The position numbers and the translations under genes are program-made. The notes under the pieces were generated by a model, which worked only from the letters and a program-made list of their open reading frames with translations, was not told the DNA's origin and made no database searches. DNA of 64,000 nucleotides from positions 11,758-75,757 of the forward strand of contig CAYOOO010000003.1 of NCBI GenBank assembly GCA_964405655.1, written 5' to 3'. Below are positions 57,522 through 64,000 of this stretch, piece after piece. Each line of letters opens with the position of its first letter. The stretch's first letter is position 1. Origin of the DNA: an uncultured Gammaproteobacteria bacterium (GTDB lineage: Bacteria; Patescibacteriota; Microgenomatia; Daviesbacterales; UBA10151).

Positions 57522-59336
57522 CTAAAAACTAGCCTGGGCATTTTGAGTAGCCCTAATCAACTCCTGAGGATTAGAGGTGATTAGCTGGTGTTCCTCAGGA
57601 GAACCCACTACTTGCATGGCCACATGGGTTGGTCCAGCAAAAAAAAGGCCTTGGCCAACCCCTGCTGATAAGAGTAGTCTTTTTTCTCCCTCAGACAAAT
57701 TAAATACTTCAGCTACTTTATCAATGGCTGATGGTGATTGTTTGAGTAGTATTTGAATAGAAGAGTTAGAGATAATCTCTTTGCCTCGGTCAGTGGCTAA
57801 GAAATCTTCAACATCTTGAGTTATAGTAGTGACTCCTAAATAATATTTCCTGGCTCTCTTGGCAATATCGACTAAAAACTCACCTGAGTCCTGATTTCTC
57901 ATCATATACCAAGCTTCATCAACAATTAAGAGACGCTTTGCCAAACTTGTTCTAACTTTGGTCCAGATATAGTCTAGGATTAGATACATAGCCAGAGGTC
58001 TAAGTTGGTCAGCCAGGTCCCGGACTGAAAAAACCACTAACTGACTATTAAGACTAATGTTGGAAGGAGCGGAAAAGATTCCGGCTAAAGAGCCTTTGAT
58101 GAATCTTTCTAGTCTAAACGAAAGTTCTTGAGCTGTTTTATCCTCCATCCCGACTAAAACCTTATAAAGGTCTTCCATTAAAGGAGGAGGCAGTTTTTGA
58201 GTTTTAGGATCAGCTGTAATACCTTTAAGGCGGTAAGTTGAGGTTAATGCCCTGTCTAAAGTAGCTGATTGGGCAGCATCGAGATTTCCCAGTACCAGTC
58301 TTAAAAATCCTGTTAAAGTCAGGATTTTTCTTCCCAGTTCGTTTTCCCCGGATTCTGAAACCTGGGAAAGATCAAAAGGGTTAATTTTAACAGGTGAGTC
58401 TGAGGAAAAATTTATATACTCTCCCCCCACAGCCTGGGTCAGTTTTAGATATTCTTGCTCAGGGTCGATGACTATAACCTGGGTATCAAACATTAAAGAG
58501 CGCAGTGCCTCAAGTTTAACAAAATAGGATTTTCCAGCACCTGATTTGGCAAAGACCACTGAGTTGGCATTTTCCAGAGTGAACCTGTCAAAGATAATTA
58601 AAGAATCGTTATGTTGATTGATCCCATACATAATTCCCTCATTAGCAGTCAGCTCTGAGGTGGTAAAAGGAAAGGTGGTGGCAAGTGAGGTGGTGTCCAT
58701 GTTGTGGTTTAGCTCGAGTATGTCTTGACCTAGCGCTAAGGTAGAGAGGAAACCTTCTTCCATCTGCAGAGTAGTTTGGCGGGCAGTAATCGAAATTGAG
58801 CCTAGGGTTGACTCAACCAGCTTGGAAGCATTTTCCAGTTCTTCTTTGGTTTGGGAGGGTACAGTCAGATAAAGTCCTAGTTTAAAAAATCTCTCTGCGC
58901 CTTTAACCAGCTGTTCCTGTAATCCTCTGGCATCATCAAGTGCTACCTGGACAGCTGGATTGACTGCCCGGCCTCGCTCTAAATCAGTTTGAATAGTAGC
59001 CTCCATCTCAGCGATCTTTCTTTTTAGATCATCTAAAACATTTTTTGAAGTAGAAGGGTAGATAAACATCGAGATATTTAACGTATGTTCAAAGTTAATC
59101 AGAGGCTCGAGCCAATTAGGTTCAACATATCTTGGATAATTTGAGACAAAGAAAGATTTGTAGTACATATTGCCAATCCGCAAATGACCAAAATCAATTT
59201 CAATTTCCGACGGTGCAATCACATCAGCCAAGCTAAGCTGTCCAGCCAGCCCGCCAGGCAACATACCAGTAACAGCTTTGGGGGCAGTGGTACTAGTTAG
59301 TTTTTGATCTTTAGATTTTTTACTAAACAGTCCCAT
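57522..59336 (-). CDS. virB4: VirB4-like T4SS ATPase
   Basis: NANSVVFAKSGAGKS, VIDPEQEY, INPFD, LIVDEAW and RARKY..TQDVEDF. Confidence 0.9.
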   Translation of the reverse strand: MGLFSKKSKDQKLTSTTAPKAVTGMLPGGLAGQLSLADVIAPSEIEIDFGHLRIGNMYYKSFFVSNYPRYVEPNWLEPLINFEHTLNISMFIYPSTSKNVLDDLKRKIAEMEATIQTDLERGRAVNPAVQVALDDARGLQEQLVKGAERFFKLGLYLTVPSQTKEELENASKLVESTLGSISITARQTTLQMEEGFLSTLALGQDILELNHNMDTTSLATTFPFTTSELTANEGIMYGINQHNDSLIIFDRFTLENANSVVFAKSGAGKSYFVKLEALRSLMFDTQVIVIDPEQEYLKLTQAVGGEYINFSSDSPVKINPFDLSQVSESGENELGRKILTLTGFLRLVLGNLDAAQSATLDRALTSTYRLKGITADPKTQKLPPPLMEDLYKVLVGMEDKTAQELSFRLERFIKGSLAGIFSAPSNISLNSQLVVFSVRDLADQLRPLAMYLILDYIWTKVRTSLAKRLLIVDEAWYMMRNQDSGEFLVDIAKRARKYYLGVTTITQDVEDFLATDRGKEIISNSSIQILLKQSPSAIDKVAEVFNLSEGEKRLLLSAGVGQGLFFAGPTHVAMQVVGSPEEHQLITSNPQELIRATQNAQASF

Positions 59337-60168
59337 AATCGTCAGGTAGTTCCTCGACTACAAATGGTGAGTTGCTAGTTGGGTATGAGGGTTGTGGCGA
59401 GATAGGACGGGTAGGTGCTGTTGCTTGGGGTATAATAGCTGGTTGATTTTGCACCTGTGTAACAGCCTGGGGTTTTTGCAAGGCCTGAGGAATAGGTGCG
59501 TTAGTAGTTGTTTGTTGCTGATCTTGTTTCATCAGTAGAATTTGGTCGTTAGCAGGCTGGGTTGGTTTAGTCAAGTCTGCCTGCTGAGCGTCTTGAGCGG
59601 TGATGATATTTTGAACAGGACTCCCATTATAAATATCATAAAAAAGCTTAATTAAGTTCTCGGTATTAAGTTGAGCAGCTTTTAATCCAATTCTGCCAAG
59701 TTGTCTAATGATGTGATCTCGTCTGGGTATTAGAATAGTTAAAGCTTTTTGAAAGTGTTTATTAATATCGTTAATGATTCCTAACTCCAAGTAAGAAACA
59801 GTAATTACCACAAAGAACTGTTTATCCAGGACCTCGTTTTCTCTGATAATGGTTTCAACAAAAACCCGATAGCGTTCAATCATCTGTTTCAGAAGAGGAT
59901 TAGCCTGTTTGCTTTGAGCCTTGGCTAAAATCTTTAAGTAGTTTGAGATATCCAGCCTTTTAGAGCGGATTACAATTTGAATTGGGAAAGACAAGGAATT
60001 CAGAAGGGCAGCAAAGGTAGCAATGATTGCCAGCTGTTCATTTTCTGATAATAGGTCAAAGTTGACAGCTGAGGTTTGTAAGATAACAGCCACGCTACCA
60101 TCTTTTAAAACAACCAGATCATTTTTAATCTCTTTGATATTTAAATGCTCTTGAGTAGTATTGCTCAT
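59323..60168 (-). CDS. VirB4-associated T4SS protein (resembles the N-terminal part of TraC/VirB4)
   Basis: TQEHL.I.EI....V.LKDG....I....VNFDLLSENEQ..I..F..LNSL.FPIQI; lies between prgI and virB4. Confidence 0.72.
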   Translation of the reverse strand: MSNTTQEHLNIKEIKNDLVVLKDGSVAVILQTSAVNFDLLSENEQLAIIATFAALLNSLSFPIQIVIRSKRLDISNYLKILAKAQSKQANPLLKQMIERYRVFVETIIRENEVLDKQFFVVITVSYLELGIINDINKHFQKALTILIPRRDHIIRQLGRIGLKAAQLNTENLIKLFYDIYNGSPVQNIITAQDAQQADLTKPTQPANDQILLMKQDQQQTTTNAPIPQALQKPQAVTQVQNQPAIIPQATAPTRPISPQPSYPTSNSPFVVEELPDDYGTV

Positions 60169-61367
60169 ACACTAACCCCCATTTTTTTAGCTGAGATGAT
60201 AACTGGTTTTAAAATTTCTCCTTTTAACTCTACCTCAACAACATCAAACAGTAGGCCGTCTTTTTCAACATTAATAGTATAAGTGCTATTGGGTAGGGGG
60301 GTGGCAGCGATGAACTGACCCAGCTTATTAGTTTTTAAAGCTCGGACTGGCAAGCCCTGTTTATCGTGGGTTACAATAATTGCCTCTTCCAAATAGTTTC
60401 CGTTAGTGTCAGTAATAATTCCATTAATAATATTGGGAGTGGAGGTTAAAACCAGACTAGGTGCAATCTTAGGGGCTGTTTTAATTTGTGGGGTAGGTTG
60501 AGAAGTTGCAGCTGATGATATTACTTGGCTAGGCTGAGTTGTTTTTGAGTAAATAGCCAGTTGTCTAGAGATGTTACTGGCTTGTTGGTTTAGCTGCTGT
60601 AAGTTGTTGATAAGTGATTCAAATTGGCTAATATATTGTTTTGGGTTAGCCCCTGGTTTAGCAGCCTCAGCTTTGATTTGATTTAATTGTTGTTCTGTTT
60701 CAATAATCTTGGTTTGAATAGTTTGGGCTTCTTTGGCCAGCTCCACTGTTTTTTTGAGTTCTTCTGAGCTGGGAAGAGGTTGGTCTTTTTTGATTGGTTC
60801 AGGTTGAGCAACCGGTTGGGTAGGTTGTGGTGGCTTTTGAGTCGGTTGAGGAGCAGGAGATGCAGCACCAAAAAAGGTTGGTTGATTTAAGATTCTTTGG
60901 TTGGAATCAGCGCTGATCATGTTTTGACCACTGTTAAATAAAGGCGAAGCTGGAAAATTGACTGTAGGTTTGGTGACAGCTGCTTGTGTAGCTTCTGCCG
61001 CAACTGGTGGATGGTTTAAAAAGGCCAGAAAAATTTCTAACCTTCTTTTAAACTCTTCAGAATCAGTTTTGATAAATTCTGATTTAAATTTTAGCTGGGT
61101 CGGTCTAAAGATAGCTGCTAAGAAAGCTCCTAACCAGTGATCTAAAGGTCTTTCCCCAATAGGCAAGAAGGCAAAGGCTATGCCAGATAGGGATGAGCTT
61201 AAAATTAATGGCCAGGCAATAAATGGGTAGCTGGTTCCGGCAATCACAAAGACCAAATAAGCAAATACCACTCCAGCAGCCAAATAGCCGAATTGTTTTA
61301 GAGTCATATCACCAACTAGGTGGAACTCAAAGTTAGTGACATTTTGTGGAATAGGGTGAGCTTCCAT
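60165..61367 (-). CDS. PrgI-family protein with coiled coil and C-terminal beta-sandwich
   Basis: HPIPQNV..FEFHLVGDMTLKQF, two TM helices, RPLDHW; C-terminal NIINGII.D..G...RALKTNKLGQF. Confidence 0.82.
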   Translation of the reverse strand: MEAHPIPQNVTNFEFHLVGDMTLKQFGYLAAGVVFAYLVFVIAGTSYPFIAWPLILSSSLSGIAFAFLPIGERPLDHWLGAFLAAIFRPTQLKFKSEFIKTDSEEFKRRLEIFLAFLNHPPVAAEATQAAVTKPTVNFPASPLFNSGQNMISADSNQRILNQPTFFGAASPAPQPTQKPPQPTQPVAQPEPIKKDQPLPSSEELKKTVELAKEAQTIQTKIIETEQQLNQIKAEAAKPGANPKQYISQFESLINNLQQLNQQASNISRQLAIYSKTTQPSQVISSAATSQPTPQIKTAPKIAPSLVLTSTPNIINGIITDTNGNYLEEAIIVTHDKQGLPVRALKTNKLGQFIAATPLPNSTYTINVEKDGLLFDVVEVELKGEILKPVIISAKKMGVSV

Positions 61368-61493
61368 AAGCTTGAAACTTAATCAAAGTTCAGGTTACCG
61401 CGTGAAAAGGGTACTGTCTAGAGGTACAAAGTTGATCAAAAAAATACTATATTGACTATTTTTTGCTATTTAGATAGTCTCAAGTTGTAATCT

Positions 61494-61645
61494 GTTAAAG
61501 AATAGCTGGTTCAGATCAGCTTCCGCCAGCTGGCGGATCAGGGGAACTCTGAGAATTTCAGAGGCTATGCCGTAACCGTTATAATCCTGAGCGAAGTCGA
61601 AGGATAAAGCCGGGCTGCCTGAATTCTTTCTAACCTAACCTTATG
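61494..61645 (+). ncRNA. Candidate structured RNA/leader carrying two REP-like hairpins
   Basis: Closing helix GTTAAAGAAT..TTCAG / CTGAATTCTTTCTAAC; inner CTCTGA/TCAGAG stem, TCCGCCAGCTGGCGGA and ATCCTGAGCGAAGTCGAAGGAT. Confidence 0.4.
61522..61537. repeat. Perfect 16-bp palindrome TCCGCCAGCTGGCGGA, copy 2
   Basis: Identical to 6029-6044. Confidence 0.85.
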
Positions 61646-61705
61646 TTTAGGTGCTCTTCGAGCAAAGAGATTAGTTTTCCTCTTTCTCGTTAAATTAACT
61701 TTAAT

Positions 61706-62887
61706 ATGGAGAATGAACTAGGTTTGTTGTCGGACACCGGTTTTAATACCTTTTTAGAACTTCAAGCGGCTAAAAAAAACTACCGTCAGGCTTTAGCAGA
61801 AAGAAAGACTGAAAAAGAAGCAATAGCCATTACCTCAGGAGAAGTTATTGGCAATGTCTATGGATTTTTAGGAGAGTACATTAGAAATGACCCACTTCTT
61901 GTAAATCCTTTATCAAGAAGGGTTGTTAGGGGTAGGGAAAGAATAGTCAACAGGTTCTCTAAGCTACCAGTTTTAGATGCCATCTCAAATAAAGAAAGAG
62001 ATGGATCTGTTAAAGAAGCTTTTACCTTAGTTGAGGACTTTTTGCTGAAAGCAAAAAGGGGGTCAATGGCAGTCATTGTTAGCCCTGAGGGTCCATCTGG
62101 TTTGACTGACAGACGAGGCAGATCAATTGTTTATCCTGATACCCAAGTCTATCTATTTAGAGTCGGAGAAGGTCGAAAACCTCAAGCTTATACCCTAGTT
62201 TTGGATAACTTTGATATTAAAAGATCAAAACTGCTTTTAAGACTGTTAGGTCTACCAAAGACAGCTTTAGATATGCCCTGGCTTACTGAGCAGGCAGATT
62301 TAGCCAATGTAGTCAAAAATGTAGCTTTGATTGAATCAAATGGTAGTGGAGGTTTCAGGTTTGAAGATGTAATAAGGATTGCCCAAAGCTTAAAGTTATC
62401 TGATAAAGCTAAGGGAGAAAGAAGCTTTGGGGAAGTTTATCAAAATCTTTCTCAAGGGGAAAAGCTTTTAAGAGTAGATCAAGACTGTCAAAGGGTTTTG
62501 ACTGATTTACAAATCTTTTTGGATCGCAACTTGCCTAAAATTGATAACTCCTTTGTCCAAAGAAGGATTGCCCAAGAGATAGACTTATCTATTTTGAAAA
62601 TTGCCCGCCTTTCAAGAGGAAATGATTTTAATATCAATAATTTATCTTTGAAAACACCAGAGCTTCTAAGTCAAGTTTCAGACAAATTTATGGAGGAACT
62701 AAAATATCTAAGATCCATTCCAGGTTGTAATGGGGGAGGAAGCTCTATTCTAGGTAGAACCAAAGTTGATTCAATTGGTCCAAGGGTAGGTTTAATTAGG
62801 AAGGGAAGTTGTCATGGTTGTCAGGCCAGCAATGTTGAGGTAGGCAGTTGCAACTTCTGCACAAGCTGTGAAGCTCAAGCAGCCTAA
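61706..62887 (+). CDS. Hypothetical protein with C-terminal Cys cluster (Zn or Fe-S binding?)
   Basis: 393-aa ORF ending GCNGGG...CHGC.......CNFCTSC. Confidence 0.72.
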   Translation: MENELGLLSDTGFNTFLELQAAKKNYRQALAERKTEKEAIAITSGEVIGNVYGFLGEYIRNDPLLVNPLSRRVVRGRERIVNRFSKLPVLDAISNKERDGSVKEAFTLVEDFLLKAKRGSMAVIVSPEGPSGLTDRRGRSIVYPDTQVYLFRVGEGRKPQAYTLVLDNFDIKRSKLLLRLLGLPKTALDMPWLTEQADLANVVKNVALIESNGSGGFRFEDVIRIAQSLKLSDKAKGERSFGEVYQNLSQGEKLLRVDQDCQRVLTDLQIFLDRNLPKIDNSFVQRRIAQEIDLSILKIARLSRGNDFNINNLSLKTPELLSQVSDKFMEELKYLRSIPGCNGGGSSILGRTKVDSIGPRVGLIRKGSCHGCQASNVEVGSCNFCTSCEAQAA

Positions 62888-62924
62888 GTTGACACCCAAT
62901 AGGCTCAAGGCTTACCATAGACAT

Positions 62925-64000
62925 ATGCCAGAAGCAGATGCAGGGCCACATGAAGCCCCACCAACAGGTGGAGCGGATAGAGGTAGAGATGATGCTCCCC
63001 CAGGTGATGGAGGAAGACCTCCTAGTGATGAATCTGGAGACAGGGGAGGAGCTGAAGGTCGGGAACGACCTCCTGATCCTAATCAAAGGGGTTCCCTAGC
63101 TGATCAAAGAGCTGAAGATTACATTGCCCATCACTTTCCTCAAAGAATGGCAACACTTATGGCAGATCCAGCCGTTGCTAGCCGACTGAATGAGTTATAC
63201 GAACGGATAGGGAGTACTGATCCTGAAGTTAGTAGAGAAGCCAGAGAAGAGTATAACAGGTTTTACCAAAGCTTAAATAGCCAAACACGAGATGGGCTTA
63301 GACACGATTTTCTCTCAACAGCTGGGGCTAATGAGCCTAATAGAGAGTTAGAAGAGCTAGCAGCAAGACGAGGTGAAGATCCAGAAACTGTTAGAAGACA
63401 ACAAGAGTTGGTAGCCCCTGGTGGAGGCTGGGAAGTTGTTAAGGTTAGGACAGAAGTTGGTTATACTAGAGATGTCTTAATGCCTAAAGACGACAGGGAA
63501 AAGGTTAAATATTTTAGAGATCTTTTAGGTAGGATTGAAGAGACTAAAGAAGAGCAAGGAGGTTTGGCTGTCAGACAAAGGGCTAATGATATGCAGCAAG
63601 TCATCGAGTCTTACCTGACCCGGCCTGAGTATGATCCAACCAGAAGAAGGGATGAAATTCAAAGAAGAGAAGACCCCGATCTAAGAAGAGAGGATCCAAA
63701 TAGGTATAGAAATTTAGGTGAACGCTTCTATGAGGAGTTAATTGCTAGAAACTCATTCAATCAAATCTATACAGCTTTTGACCAGGCAGGCGGTAAAGAA
63801 CAAGTTCAAAATACTCTAACACGTCTGAGACATAAGCATTTAAGGACCATGTTAACAATTAGAGAGGTTCAGGCAGCTTTAGCCTATTTAGAGGTGCACG
63901 CAGATGAATATCTAGATGCTCAAGCCTCAGGAGATCTAGATAATTTTAGGAGGAAAGCTATTGCTCAAATTCCTGAAGAATTACCTGATAACCTTAGAGA
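62925..64000 (+). CDS. Hypothetical protein, runs off the window end
   Basis: Open frame from ATG 62925 (MPEADAGPHEAPPTGGADRG...) to the end; TTGACA-18-TACCAT directly upstream. Confidence 0.78.
   Translation, partial: MPEADAGPHEAPPTGGADRGRDDAPPGDGGRPPSDESGDRGGAEGRERPPDPNQRGSLADQRAEDYIAHHFPQRMATLMADPAVASRLNELYERIGSTDPEVSREAREEYNRFYQSLNSQTRDGLRHDFLSTAGANEPNRELEELAARRGEDPETVRRQQELVAPGGGWEVVKVRTEVGYTRDVLMPKDDREKVKYFRDLLGRIEETKEEQGGLAVRQRANDMQQVIESYLTRPEYDPTRRRDEIQRREDPDLRREDPNRYRNLGERFYEELIARNSFNQIYTAFDQAGGKEQVQNTLTRLRHKHLRTMLTIREVQAALAYLEVHADEYLDAQASGDLDNFRRKAIAQIPEELPDNLR

Noticed and set aside
62796-63086. 96-aa minus-strand ORF
   Set aside because: Overlaps two better-supported + strand genes, including the open frame from 62925.
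1-64000. tRNA, rRNA, CRISPR array, reverse transcriptase or DGR template repeat, prophage
   Set aside because: None recognised by eye; a tRNAscan/Infernal run and a self-alignment would be needed to exclude them formally.

Overview
AT-rich, gene-dense chromosomal segment of a Patescibacteria/CPR bacterium. The gene content and order look Microgenomates-like; this is an inference from the proteins. It spans the replication origin (jag-yidC-yidD-rnpA-rpmH <> dnaA-oriC-nuclease-dnaN). Housekeeping genes include sbcDC, metG, tatD, groES/groEL, murB, rpiB, thpR, tsaD, valS, rplY and rnhA, plus two cell-envelope glycan clusters. A T4SS-like system is split in two: a VirB2-like pilin array with a VirB6-like protein and an atypical Clp ATPase at 19.4-27.7 kb, and PrgI, VirB4, a 1276-aa multi-domain cell-wall hydrolase and Ig-like proteins at 52.8-61.4 kb. 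Most notable: (1) an orphan DGR-target-like gene with an adenine-depleted C-terminal variable region between sbcD and sbcC; (2) metG can only be full length if it starts at ATA; (3) ~70-bp inverted repeats bracket groESL and its CIRCE promoter; (4) several palindromic elements sit in frame inside conserved genes; (5) a compact T-box precedes valS; (6) a candidate structured RNA at 61.5 kb; (7) a doubly frameshifted pseudogene. I recognised no rRNA, tRNA, CRISPR array, transposase, integrase or reverse transcriptase. All family calls come from motif recognition by eye, not database searches.
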